From the NCBI GenBank assembly GCA_044227125.1, contig JBGAFS010000008.1, positions 13,694 to 77,693 of the forward strand: a stretch of DNA of 64,000 nt. Reading direction: 5' to 3'. Made by a program: the position numbers and the translations under genes. The notes under the pieces are model-generated. The model ran no database searches and was not told the DNA's origin. It was given only the letters and a program-made list of their open reading frames with translations. Below, piece by piece: positions 1 to 8,095 of this stretch; positions within the stretch are counted from its first letter, which is position 1; the number at the start of each line of letters is the position of its first letter. This DNA is from Flavipsychrobacter sp. GTDB lineage: Bacteria; Bacteroidota; Bacteroidia; Chitinophagales; Chitinophagaceae.

Positions 1-26
1 CAAACAGCTTCGCAGTTCATCGGTCG

Positions 27-48
27 CCCCTCCTAAAAACAGGAGGGG
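27..48 (+). terminator. GC-rich stem-loop at window edge, possibly the terminator of a gene lying upstream of the window
   Basis: Perfect 8-bp inverted repeat CCCCTCCT-N6-AGGAGGGG read directly. No clear T-tract follows, so this is weak. Confidence 0.25.
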
Positions 49-173
49 AGCTTTAGGTAATTATGGGTTTACAGTATGTCAAAGAGCTTCTGCGATATAG
101 AATCGTATTAGGACAAATTTACGTTATTTTTACCATTTATCAAATGGTGACATATACGAGTTGGAACAAGGAG

Positions 174-455
174 TTAATCTCTTTTTTTAAATCTAATTCT
201 TAAATATTGCAATAGGAGAATTATGCCTGAAATGGCAATAACAACATGCGGAATAAATGCAGGGTAATAGTTAAGAAAAAATATTCCGTATAAGACGATG
301 TCTGCGAACCCTATAAAAACAACATTGAGGATTACGCAAGTAGTTTGAAAGACACTTTTGTATTTTTTAGCTAATCTAAAGGACTTTGTCAAAATTAGTA
401 GGCTAATAATGGCTGGGATGATTCCCCAATAAATGAGCTCTGGACTACCTGTCAT
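174..455 (-). CDS. small integral membrane protein, unknown function
   Basis: 93-aa ORF with three hydrophobic helices (IPAIISLLILT, VILNVVFIGFADIVLYGIFF, VVIAISGIILLL). No family recognised. Confidence 0.4.
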   Translation of the reverse strand: MTGSPELIYWGIIPAIISLLILTKSFRLAKKYKSVFQTTCVILNVVFIGFADIVLYGIFFLNYYPAFIPHVVIAISGIILLLQYLRIRFKKRD

Positions 456-538
456 TCTTTTTTTTTCATCTTAGGTGCTACCTTCTTAGCCTGCTTCACA
501 GATATAGCAATGATATCTTCAAAAGTGCTTTATAATGA

Positions 539-661
539 TTACTTATTCTTATCCAGCCAGCGCATGATGCCTTTGGCTACAGAGTAGAGCGCAACTACAA
601 GTGTGAGGGTAACCACACCTATCATTATGGTGCCCGGCATTTCTAAAAACAGTACCTGCAT
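539..661 (-). CDS. possible 40-aa single-TM peptide (below the ORF-track size cutoff)
   Basis: Hand translation gives MQVLFLEMPGTIMIGVVTLTLVVALYSVAKGIMRWLDKNK, from an ATG start to a TAA stop. One clean TM helix with a basic C-terminus. It is in a different frame from, and looks more protein-like than, track ORF 549..743. Confidence 0.25.
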   Translation of the reverse strand: MQVLFLEMPGTIMIGVVTLTLVVALYSVAKGIMRWLDKNK

Positions 662-702
662 GAGCAATTGGTTTTATACAAGATACTAAAAAGAACCCTG
701 TA

Positions 703-1071
703 CTACAACTTAAAATGCGGGTTGTATATAATGCCGAATGCATTACCCCATGGGTCTTTTACGGCTGCCACTACTATACCATCGCCTACATCCTGCGGCT
801 TTTCGAAATCAGTTGCTCCTGCGGCCAGTAATGCATTGTATGTATCTTCTACATTGTCTACACCCCAGTAGGTAACTGTATTATTGCCTGTATGTACCGG
901 GCCTTCTGCGGGTTGCAGCCCCAGCTCGTAGCCTGCTACATTATAACCCACATAAAACGGCATATCGAAATAAGGCTCTATGCCCAGCACTTCTGTGTAC
1001 CATTCTTTTGCTTTCTGAAGATCGGGTACTTTGATGCCTAATGTGCGCAGGCCGAGAAATTTTGATGACAT
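703..1071 (-). CDS. VOC (glyoxalase/bleomycin-resistance/dioxygenase) family protein
   Basis: Sequence is VOC-like (MSSKFLGLRTLGIKVPDLQKAKEWY..LGIEPYF..GYELGL..KDPWGNAFGI). I chose the internal ATG at 1071 over the track start at 1119, because the first 16 aa look non-coding. Confidence 0.75.
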   Translation of the reverse strand: MSSKFLGLRTLGIKVPDLQKAKEWYTEVLGIEPYFDMPFYVGYNVAGYELGLQPAEGPVHTGNNTVTYWGVDNVEDTYNALLAAGATDFEKPQDVGDGIVVAAVKDPWGNAFGIIYNPHFKL

Positions 1072-1135
1072 GGTCAATGATTTACAATACAATATCGATA
1101 TACTAAACAAGACAGACAAATAATCTGTCAGCGCC

Positions 1136-1909
1136 TTACTTTACCGCCGTAGTGAACACGAAGGCATTGTGTATCTTATAGCTGCCGTCTGCCTGCAGAA
1201 ATGGTTGTATTACTTCTGCCACTTTCTGTGCTACTACTTCTTCACTGCTCCGGCGTATAGCATTGATGGCGGGGCCCGATGCTGTTATTCCTTTTATGGC
1301 AGTATCCATATCAGGATATACGCGCGGATATACTATTGGCTGCCTGGCTGCTACCGTAAATCCTGCATTCTGCAGCAGTTCATTTATCAATCCCTCTTTA
1401 GAAAGATTGAATGGTATGGATGTTTCTGCGGGCTGCCCTGTTATGGCATAAAATTCTTTGAAGTAAACAAACGCATCACTTTGCTGCGGCTCATCCCAAA
1501 GAGTGATGATGGCCCTGCCTCCCGGTTTCAGCACACGGTATATCTCGGCTAATGCCTTATCGGGGTTTGGACAAAACTGCACAGAATTGTTTGCAGACAC
1601 ATAGTCAAAAGAGGCATCTTCAAAAGGCAGTGCTTCTGTACTTGCTGCTATGTAGGTAGCTGATGGCAGGTATCGTTCTGCTACTTTCAATTGCGATTCT
1701 GAGAGGTCGGTACCGGTAACTGTTGCTCCTTTTTCTGCTGCCAGCGACAGGAAAAACCCTGTACCGCAACCTGCATCCAGCAGTGTTTTATTATCTAATT
1801 CGAGCGTGGCGATGATAGCTTCGTAAACGGGTTGTGCCCCTACTTCCTGTATACGCCAGTTTTCAGCAATATTATTCCAGAGGTCGGCCTGTGATGTTTC
1901 CTGTTGCAT
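1136..1909 (-). CDS. class I SAM-dependent methyltransferase
   Basis: Motif I is LLDAGCGTGFF, with acidic DLS and VLKPGGRAIIT (Methyltransf_11/25-like). The start is set to the ATG at 1907-1909 (MQQETSQADLW). The upstream 91 aa of track ORF 1136..2182 is read-through of the tandem repeat. Confidence 0.85.
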   Translation of the reverse strand: MQQETSQADLWNNIAENWRIQEVGAQPVYEAIIATLELDNKTLLDAGCGTGFFLSLAAEKGATVTGTDLSESQLKVAERYLPSATYIAASTEALPFEDASFDYVSANNSVQFCPNPDKALAEIYRVLKPGGRAIITLWDEPQQSDAFVYFKEFYAITGQPAETSIPFNLSKEGLINELLQNAGFTVAARQPIVYPRVYPDMDTAIKGITASGPAINAIRRSSEEVVAQKVAEVIQPFLQADGSYKIHNAFVFTTAVK

Positions 1910-2000
1910 AAGAGTAATTTGAGGTGTAAAGCTACGACATAGCAGGAGTATGGAACTGTTAATTGTATTAAAATAGAATGATGCGCTTCTGCTTATTTCC

Positions 2001-2575
2001 TGAGATTGCTTCGTGCCTCGCAATGACGCGAGAGTGAGGTCGATTCGGGCAATGGCAGGACAAACTATAGATATTCTTAGTTGGGCAGCACAGTAGCTCA
2101 AAAGCTCAATAGATAAACACCCGTCATCATGCAGCGATTGATGATGGGGCTCTTTTCTTTGGTTCTTTCTTTGGAGAAGCAAAGAAAGAACAAGGCTCGG
2201 GTTGTGCAGAAAAGTTGATTATACATGGGTTGTACAACAGTATTTTGTGAGATTGCTTCGTACCTCGCAATGACGCGAGAGTGAGGTCGATTCGGGCAAT
2301 GGCAGGACAAACTATAGATATTCTTAGTTGGGCAGCACAGTAGCACAAAAGCTCAATAGATAAACACCCGTCATCATGCAGTGATTGATGACGGGGCTCT
2401 TTTCTTTGGTTCTTTCTTTGGAGAAGCAAAGAAAGAACAAGGCTCGGGTTGTGCAGAAAAGTTGATTATACATGGGTTGTACAACAGTATTTTGTGAGAT
2501 TGCTTCGTACTTCGCAATGACGAGAGTGAGATCGCCACATCGCTATGCTCCTCGCAATGACAAGCGTGAGGTTCA
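2001..2575. repeat. tandem repeat with a ~247-bp unit, 2 full copies plus a degenerate partial third
   Basis: Unit starts at 2001, 2247 and 2495 (TGAGATTGCTTCGT...). Copies 1 and 2 are near-identical. Each contains a 10-bp and a perfect 12-bp hairpin, and the motif TCGCAATGAC recurs 4 times. Confidence 0.9.
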
Positions 2576-2598
2576 TTGGGATAATGATGTGGATACCA

Positions 2599-3384
2599 TC
2601 ATAAATCATCAATCAAAAATCGAAAATAATCGACTGCTTTCTTCAGCCTGCTGCCATACCAGCTAAACATTTCACCATCTACCAATTTTACATCAGCATC
2701 GGGCAGTGCAGCTTTTATTTCTTCTACGTGTTTTTCTTTGAAAGGATATGGTTCTGATGAAAGTAATACCAGTTCGGGGTTGTATGCTTTGAGTTGTTCG
2801 AGGTTTATTTCAGGATAGCGGCTTTCATTCTTTAATACATTCTGCCAGCCTATGGTCTGTATCATATTGCTGATGAATGTATCTCCGCCTATGCTCATCC
2901 ATGGATTGTACCAGATAAAGTATGCCACACGTTTGGATGTTGCAGCTCTTGGCAGGTTGTTGAAGCCCAGCACTATATCATCTGCCAGTTGATTGGCTTT
3001 GTCTTCTGTGCCTGTAAGCTGGCCTGCTACCTGTATCATTTGCAGTGCCTGCGGTATGTTTTGTATATCACTTATCCATACCGGGAATTCTTTTGCCAGT
3101 TCTTCTACCTGTTCGCGTTCATTTTCTTCTTTATTGGCTATGATGAGGTCGGGCTGCAGTTCGCGTATCTTATCTATGTTCAGTTTCTTGGTACCCCCTA
3201 CTCTTGTCTTGCTGCGAAACCAGCTTTCAGGATGCACGCAGAATTTGGTGATGCCTACCACTTGTTCATCCAAACCTAAATCAAACAACAGCTCTGTTTG
3301 CGAAGGCACTATGGACACTATACGTTTTGGCGGATATTGAAACTCCACCTCGCGTCCCAGCATATCAATTATTGTCCGCCTCAT
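2599..3384 (-). CDS. BtuF/TroA-like (class III) periplasmic-binding-fold protein, annotated in relatives as cobalamin-binding or ABC substrate-binding protein
   Basis: 261 aa with PKRIVSIVPSQTELLFDLGL..VVGIT...PDLIIAN...SEPYPF, typical of the helical-backbone binding-protein family. No signal peptide is visible. Confidence 0.65.
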   Translation of the reverse strand: MRRTIIDMLGREVEFQYPPKRIVSIVPSQTELLFDLGLDEQVVGITKFCVHPESWFRSKTRVGGTKKLNIDKIRELQPDLIIANKEENEREQVEELAKEFPVWISDIQNIPQALQMIQVAGQLTGTEDKANQLADDIVLGFNNLPRAATSKRVAYFIWYNPWMSIGGDTFISNMIQTIGWQNVLKNESRYPEINLEQLKAYNPELVLLSSEPYPFKEKHVEEIKAALPDADVKLVDGEMFSWYGSRLKKAVDYFRFLIDDL

Positions 3385-3719
3385 GAAAAACGTTTGATGT
3401 AAGCCATAACAATCATGGCCAGTATCACATCGGTCATGAACAATGAGCTGTTATAAATATCATTCTTCGCAAAGAAGTGCACACCGAGGCTTATTGTTGT
3501 AACAGCTATGTAAGTATATGCTGCCCATTTTTTCATGCTGCATATAAATACCCAGGGTATGGTATATGCCAGCATCCACAGCGGCTGCAGCCATATAGGC
3601 GAAGACAGCGGCTCTGTAGATGCATTATAAATGCTGTATACCAGCATAGCAATATGAAACAAAGCCACCAGTGGAAAAATCACAGGTGGCCTTTTTATGT
3701 ATTTATCTATAAAATTCAA
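3381..3719 (-). CDS. small multi-pass membrane protein
   Basis: 112 aa with 3-4 hydrophobic helices. Its stop overlaps the start of the BtuF-like gene as ATGA, which suggests translational coupling. Confidence 0.5.
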   Translation of the reverse strand: MNFIDKYIKRPPVIFPLVALFHIAMLVYSIYNASTEPLSSPIWLQPLWMLAYTIPWVFICSMKKWAAYTYIAVTTISLGVHFFAKNDIYNSSLFMTDVILAMIVMAYIKRFS

Positions 3720-3776
3720 AAGTCAAAATTCAAAAATCAAAAAATCATAGATCATCGATCACAAATCATAAATAAA

Positions 3777-5150
3777 TCACCCTTTGCTGAATGCGTTGAG
3801 CACATCGTATTTGGTAAGTATATGGTACTGCCCGCTATCGTCTTTGGCAAGTACAGCGCCATTATCCTTACTGATATAATGCTTCAGGCGTTCCAGCGGC
3901 ATATCCATCTCTACCTCAGGCAGTGCAGCTTCTTTCACATCACCTATATTGAAGTCCTTCACATCATGGTTATCTATCATCCGCTTGAAGAGACCTGCCT
4001 GTGTGATAGCGCCTGTCACTTCATTGTTCAGCAATACAGGTATCTGCTCGATATCGTATTTCTTCATCAGCTCCAGTGCATCACTCACCTTAGCATTCTC
4101 GTCTATGGTCACTAAGCGGCGGCGGCCCAGGCCTCCTATCAGGTCGCGCACGGTCTTCACTTCGAGGAAACCGCGGTCCATCATCCACTCATCATTATAT
4201 ATTTTACCTACATAGCGGCTGCCGTGGTCGTGGAACACTACAACCACACAGTCGGTAGGTTTCAGTAAATGTTTCAGTTGCCTGAGGCCTGCTATTACCG
4301 AACCTGCTGAATAACCGACAAAGAGGCCTTCTTCCTTAGCTATGCGGCGTGCCATCACAGCACCATCCTTATCGGTTACTTTTTCAAAATGGTCTATTAC
4401 GTCTTTTATATAGTTCTGCGGCAGGAAGTCTTCACCAAAACCTTCTGATATATACGGGTGCACCTCGTTCATATCCAGCTCACCTGTATCGAACCATTTT
4501 TTCAGCAGCGAGCCATAGGTATCTATCGCCCACATTTTTATGTCAGGGTTCTTTTCTTTCATGTACATACCTATACCGGTGATGGTGCCCCCCGTACCGC
4601 TTGCTACTACTACGTGCGTTACTTTACCATCTGTCTGGTCCCATATTTCAGGGGCAGTGCTTTCGTAGTGTGCCTGGCGATTGGCCAGGTTATCGTACTG
4701 GTTCACATACCAGCTATTAGGTATCTCTGTAGCAAGGCGCTTAGACACCGAATAGTATGAATTAGGGTCTTCGGGTTCTACGTTAGTAGGGCAAACTATT
4801 ACTTCTGCACCTACAGCCTTCAGTATATCTACTTTCTCTTTCGATTGTTTATCGGTAGTAGCGAAAATACATTTGTAGCCTTTGATGATGGCAGCCAGCG
4901 CCAGGCCCATACCTGTATTGCCCGATGTACCCTCGATGATAGTACCGCCGGGCTTTATCTTACCTTCTTTCTCTGCAACTTCCAGCATCTTGAGTGCCAT
5001 ACGGTCTTTGATACTGTTGCCCGGGTTGAAGAAATCGACCTTGGCATAAACAGGGCATGGCAGGTCGGCAGTAACACGGTTCAGTTTTATGAGCGGGGTA
5101 TTGCCGATGGTTTGGAGTACGTTGTCGTACACGCGCTTAGATGCATTCAT
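3777..5150 (-). CDS. cystathionine beta-synthase-type PLP enzyme (cysteine synthase fold plus C-terminal CBS-domain pair)
   Basis: 457 aa. PLP-lysine region NPGNSIKDRMA, TSGNTGMGLA, GTGGTITG. The C-terminal ~130 aa has a tandem CBS-domain character (IEQIPVL..GAIT..). Confidence 0.85.
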   Translation of the reverse strand: MNASKRVYDNVLQTIGNTPLIKLNRVTADLPCPVYAKVDFFNPGNSIKDRMALKMLEVAEKEGKIKPGGTIIEGTSGNTGMGLALAAIIKGYKCIFATTDKQSKEKVDILKAVGAEVIVCPTNVEPEDPNSYYSVSKRLATEIPNSWYVNQYDNLANRQAHYESTAPEIWDQTDGKVTHVVVASGTGGTITGIGMYMKEKNPDIKMWAIDTYGSLLKKWFDTGELDMNEVHPYISEGFGEDFLPQNYIKDVIDHFEKVTDKDGAVMARRIAKEEGLFVGYSAGSVIAGLRQLKHLLKPTDCVVVVFHDHGSRYVGKIYNDEWMMDRGFLEVKTVRDLIGGLGRRRLVTIDENAKVSDALELMKKYDIEQIPVLLNNEVTGAITQAGLFKRMIDNHDVKDFNIGDVKEAALPEVEMDMPLERLKHYISKDNGAVLAKDDSGQYHILTKYDVLNAFSKG

Positions 5151-5264
5151 AATCTTAAAATCTTGCCGCGAAGGTAGAAAATAGTTGGCAGAGGCAGGAA
5201 TTTACATAATAAATTAAAAATCAATTAATTACACAATAAGCAAATACACTTCATACATCCGCTT

Positions 5265-5358
5265 GTTAACCAACCGTTAACCGCTTGCAAAAGCCGGGTT
5301 AACAGTGCCTGATTCTTTGCAGGGTCTCGGGGGCGGTTGCATCTTTGCATCATCAAAC
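5265..5358 (+). promoter_or_regulatory. conserved upstream module of paralog 1: GTTAAC x3 (5265, 5276, 5298), TTGCAAAA (5285), TTTG box (5344)
   Basis: The same architecture and identical spacings (11, 22 and 46 nt) occur upstream of paralogs 2 and 3. TTGCATCTTTGCATCATCAAAC resembles a Bacteroidota -7 (TAnnTTTG-type) region. Confidence 0.55.
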
Positions 5359-5414
5359 GAACAAACAACTAAATCAAATAACTAAACAACAAACCAAATT
5401 TTAAACAAACAACA

Positions 5415-5969
5415 ATGAAAAAGATCATCGCAATCGCCGCTTTAATTTCTGCAGGTTTCGCTGCTAACGCTCAAACTCCTGCTTCTACTTCAGCTTCTCA
5501 GACTGTTAACCTGTCTCTGACTGATGCTATCGAACTGACATTTACAGGGTCTGGTACTGCTACAGGTGCTGCTGTTACTATGTCATTCAACAATGTGAAC
5601 GATTACGCTAACGGTGTTCAGTCTGCTGCACAGGCGCTGAAAGTTCGCTCTAACAAAAACTTTACTGTAGCTGTTAAAACAAATGCTGCCAACTTTACTT
5701 ATACCGGTTCTACTACTCCTGCTCCTACAATGCCTGTAAGCGGTGTTCTGGGTGTTAAAGTAAGTGCTAACGGTACCGGTGGTTCTATAGCTACTCCGTT
5801 CTCAAGTTCAGCTTTCTCTGGCCTTACATCTACTAACCAGAACCTGATAACTAACGGCAGCCGTGGCGGTAACCAAACTTTCTCTGTAATGTACGAGGCA
5901 ACTCCGGGCTTCAGCTACCCTTCTGGTAACTATGCTGTAGATGTAGTGTACACTGCAACTCAACTGTAA
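5415..5969 (+). CDS. secreted Thr/Ser/Ala/Gly-rich beta-rich protein, paralog 1 of 3 (pilin/beta-sandwich-like, unknown family)
   Basis: Signal peptide MKKIIAIAALISAGFAANAQ. Blocks shared with 6823..7371 and 7547..8095: LKVRSNKNFTVAV..ANFTYTG, NQTFSV.Y.ATPG, G.Y..D..YTATQ(L/I). No Cys. Confidence 0.7.
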   Translation: MKKIIAIAALISAGFAANAQTPASTSASQTVNLSLTDAIELTFTGSGTATGAAVTMSFNNVNDYANGVQSAAQALKVRSNKNFTVAVKTNAANFTYTGSTTPAPTMPVSGVLGVKVSANGTGGSIATPFSSSAFSGLTSTNQNLITNGSRGGNQTFSVMYEATPGFSYPSGNYAVDVVYTATQL

Positions 5970-5992
5970 GAAATACTTCTCATAATATGAAA

Positions 5993-6015
5993 AGCCCCGC
6001 TGAGCGGGGCTTTTT
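5993..6015. terminator. bidirectional intrinsic terminator between convergent genes
   Basis: GCCCCGC-TGA-GCGGGGC stem flanked by an A-run and a T-run (AAAAGCCCCGCTGAGCGGGGCTTTTT). Confidence 0.8.
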
Positions 6016-6017
6016 CG

Positions 6018-6572
6018 TTATTTCTGCTTCTGCCGGATATAGTCTTCGAGCCGTTTGCGGTTATCCCTGTTGGCAGGGTCGCGGAGGTAATTATTTTTAA
6101 GTTCCACCATTTTAGGGTCGTCCCAGTATTGCAGTTCTATCAGCTTTGTTCTGGGTGTAAAGAATAACAATGCCGACAAGGCTGCCAGTATGCTGCTGCG
6201 CCATATCATATTGCTGTAATATCCCCTGAGGTCTTCTGAAGCAGAGGTAAGCCTTAGTATAACAACTACCAGGAGTATGATGAGTGAGAACATCCCTCCA
6301 AATAATACCTGCACCCTAGAGCCTGAAAAGTATTGGAGCCTGAACAGGATGCCTACCGGGGCAAAACCCAGCAGGATACCGGCCAGTATAGACAGTATAA
6401 GGTTTTGCTGCCGGAAGTGGCCATCGCTGAAGAAATAGAAGCCGAATAAAAGGTATAGCAGGGATAAGAGCCCCAGCGCCAGCATGAGCACTATATCGGC
6501 CCCGGGTATATGAAGCAGCTTCATGACCAGGGAGATAATAAACAGCATGAAGAAAAACTTCTCGGTGCGCAT
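6018..6572 (-). CDS. multi-pass membrane protein with charged C-terminal tail
   Basis: About 184 aa from the ATG at 6572 (MRTEKFFFMLF). It has 5-6 hydrophobic helices and the tail ..DPANRDNRKRLEDYIRQKQK. It is embedded among the three paralogs. Confidence 0.55.
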   Translation of the reverse strand: MRTEKFFFMLFIISLVMKLLHIPGADIVLMLALGLLSLLYLLFGFYFFSDGHFRQQNLILSILAGILLGFAPVGILFRLQYFSGSRVQVLFGGMFSLIILLVVVILRLTSASEDLRGYYSNMIWRSSILAALSALLFFTPRTKLIELQYWDDPKMVELKNNYLRDPANRDNRKRLEDYIRQKQK

Positions 6573-6650
6573 ACAAGTTAAATATAACACTATTCGGCTG
6601 GCTGTGCAAGGGGGCTGAAAGCGTTGAAAACACTGGATTTTCCGGCAAAT

Positions 6651-6745
6651 GTAAATAAGCCGTTAAGCAAGTGCAAATGCACAGTTAAGAAGGGGAAAAA
6701 AATTGTCTGCAGCCATATAGTGTTGCATCTTTGTGTTGTGATCGG
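6651..6745 (+). promoter_or_regulatory. conserved upstream module of paralog 2 (degenerate): GTAAAT 6651, GTTAAG 6662, GTGCAAAT 6671, GTTAAG 6684, TTTG 6730
   Basis: Spacings are 11, 22 and 46 nt, identical to paralogs 1 and 3. TGTTGCATCTTTGTG matches the TTGCATCTTTGCA of paralog 1. Confidence 0.5.
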
Positions 6746-6822
6746 GAGATCATATAAGAAACACAAACAAAACAAAAAATAACTGTCCGAAAGGATAGCA
6801 ACAAAACAAAAGTAAAAAACAC

Positions 6823-7371
6823 ATGAAAAAGGCATTCAACCTTTGCATGCGTGCGGCTATATTCTTTGCTGCATCATGTACCTATTCTTCAGTGAGCGCG
6901 CAAACCGTTCCTGTTGCCGCCACACAACAAGCCAAACTTAAATTGGGTAAAGTAATTGCTATGGGTTTCCTGAGCGGAACGGGTGAGGTTATTGACATCT
7001 TCTTCCCGAATGGTACCGAAGCCAAAAACGGTAAGGAATCTCCTGCACAAAAGCTGGTGGTGAAAACCAACGAAGTATTCAACGTAACGGTTAGCACTAT
7101 GAGCGCCACTTTTACCTACAAAGGCGGGCGCGGACGCAACCCCATCGTACCTGTAGCAGGTATCATTAAGGTGAAAGTAAAGGATAATGAAACAGGCGGT
7201 GCGGGAGAAAGCGAATACACAGACCTGACCAACACCCCCATCAACCTGATCAATGAAGGTAAAAGCGGCGATGCCCAGGCTTTTTCAGTACAGTTCAAAG
7301 CTGTACCGGGTACTGAAATGCCGGCAGGCATATACGAGATAGCATTGCTCTATACTGCTACGCCTATATAA
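6823..7371 (+). CDS. secreted beta-rich protein, paralog 2 of 3
   Basis: Signal peptide ..SSVSAQ. Shared blocks: LVVKTNEVFNVTV..ATFTYKG, AQAFSVQFKAVPG, GIYEIALLYTATPI. Confidence 0.7.
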   Translation: MKKAFNLCMRAAIFFAASCTYSSVSAQTVPVAATQQAKLKLGKVIAMGFLSGTGEVIDIFFPNGTEAKNGKESPAQKLVVKTNEVFNVTVSTMSATFTYKGGRGRNPIVPVAGIIKVKVKDNETGGAGESEYTDLTNTPINLINEGKSGDAQAFSVQFKAVPGTEMPAGIYEIALLYTATPI

Positions 7372-7393
7372 TAAAGAAAGTTTTAGTTTGTAT

Positions 7394-7421
7394 TCCCGGC
7401 CGAAATGCCCCCCGGCCGGGA
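7394..7421 (+). terminator. stem-loop terminator after paralog 2
   Basis: TCCCGGCCG-N10-CGGCCGGGA (9-bp GC-rich stem) 23 nt after the stop. The T-tract is weak. Confidence 0.5.
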
Positions 7422-7431
7422 TATACTGTTT

Positions 7432-7525
7432 GTTAACCGCCGGTTAACTGTTTGCAAAAACAGCGTTAACCAGGGCGGATCTTTTCGCATGTAGTGTTGA
7501 CTGATGGATATTTGTATCATCAAAC
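7432..7525 (+). promoter_or_regulatory. conserved upstream module of paralog 3: GTTAAC x3 (7432, 7443, 7465), TTTGCAAAAA (7451), TTTG box (7511)
   Basis: The 11/22/46-nt spacings are identical to paralog 1. ATATTTGTATCATCAAAC matches CATCTTTGCATCATCAAAC. Confidence 0.55.
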
Positions 7526-7546
7526 AAACAACTAACAGCAAACAAC

Positions 7547-8095
7547 ATGTACAAGTGCAAACAAATACTATTCACCGCAATGATAAGCTGCTTCAGCTAT
7601 GCAGGCTTTGCGCAAACTGCAGCTAATACGGGTGCTTCGCAAACTGCTAACCTTGAGCTGGCCAATGCGCTTACAGTAGAAATACTCAGCAGTTCTGCTA
7701 CTATGAGTTTCAACGGCATCAACGACCTGCTGAATGGTGTGGAATCAGGATCGCAGGACATACGAGTAAAATCAAACAAATCTTTTAACGTTACCGCAGC
7801 AGCATCTGCCAACAACTTCACATACACAGGAAGCGGAACGCTGAATAACATACTGGCAGTAGCTACAGCCCTGAAAGTAAGGGTAATAAGCAACAGCACA
7901 GGCGGTTACGTACCCTGGTATATGTACTGGTTCGGCTATCAAACCATTAACGGAACAACACCTTTGCCTATACTGTACAGCTGCGACCCGGGAGGCAACC
8001 AGGTATTCAGCGTAAGGTATAAAGCTACGCCCGGGCTGAATGTAGTTGGCGGTAACTACTCTACAGATATTATATACACAGCAACGCAGATATAA
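7547..8095 (+). CDS. secreted beta-rich protein, paralog 3 of 3
   Basis: Signal peptide ..YAGFAQ. Shared blocks: IRVKSNKSFNVTA..NNFTYTG, NQVFSVRYKATPG, GNYSTDIIYTATQI. Confidence 0.7.
   Translation: MYKCKQILFTAMISCFSYAGFAQTAANTGASQTANLELANALTVEILSSSATMSFNGINDLLNGVESGSQDIRVKSNKSFNVTAAASANNFTYTGSGTLNNILAVATALKVRVISNSTGGYVPWYMYWFGYQTINGTTPLPILYSCDPGGNQVFSVRYKATPGLNVVGGNYSTDIIYTATQI

Noticed and set aside
1910-2429. Track ORFs 2098..2346, 2127..2429 and the first 91 aa of 1136..2182, which share near-identical peptides (MLLQRKNQRKEP.HQSLHDDGCLSIELL...)
   Set aside because: They are translations of the 247-bp tandem repeat. The repeated peptide is Cys/Arg-rich junk. The methyltransferase has a good ATG at 1909 with a complete domain downstream.
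2001-2575. CRISPR array (also considered for the short array at 53266-53340)
   Set aside because: The units are directly contiguous, with no unique spacers. Unit sizes are 247 bp and 8 bp, not 24-48 bp. No cas genes are in the window.
3720-5414. Cobalamin or SAM riboswitch controlling the CBS / BtuF-like operon
   Set aside because: I scanned 5151-5414 and 3720-3776 on the minus strand. I found no B12-box-like GCCACTG core and no recognisable SAM-I/II helices. The region is dominated by the paralog-1 operator and promoter on the other strand.
6316-6835. Track ORFs 6316..6648 and 6590..6835 (minus strand)
   Set aside because: The first overlaps the better membrane-protein frame 6018..6572. 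The second covers the conserved promoter/operator region of paralog 2 and has no coding character.
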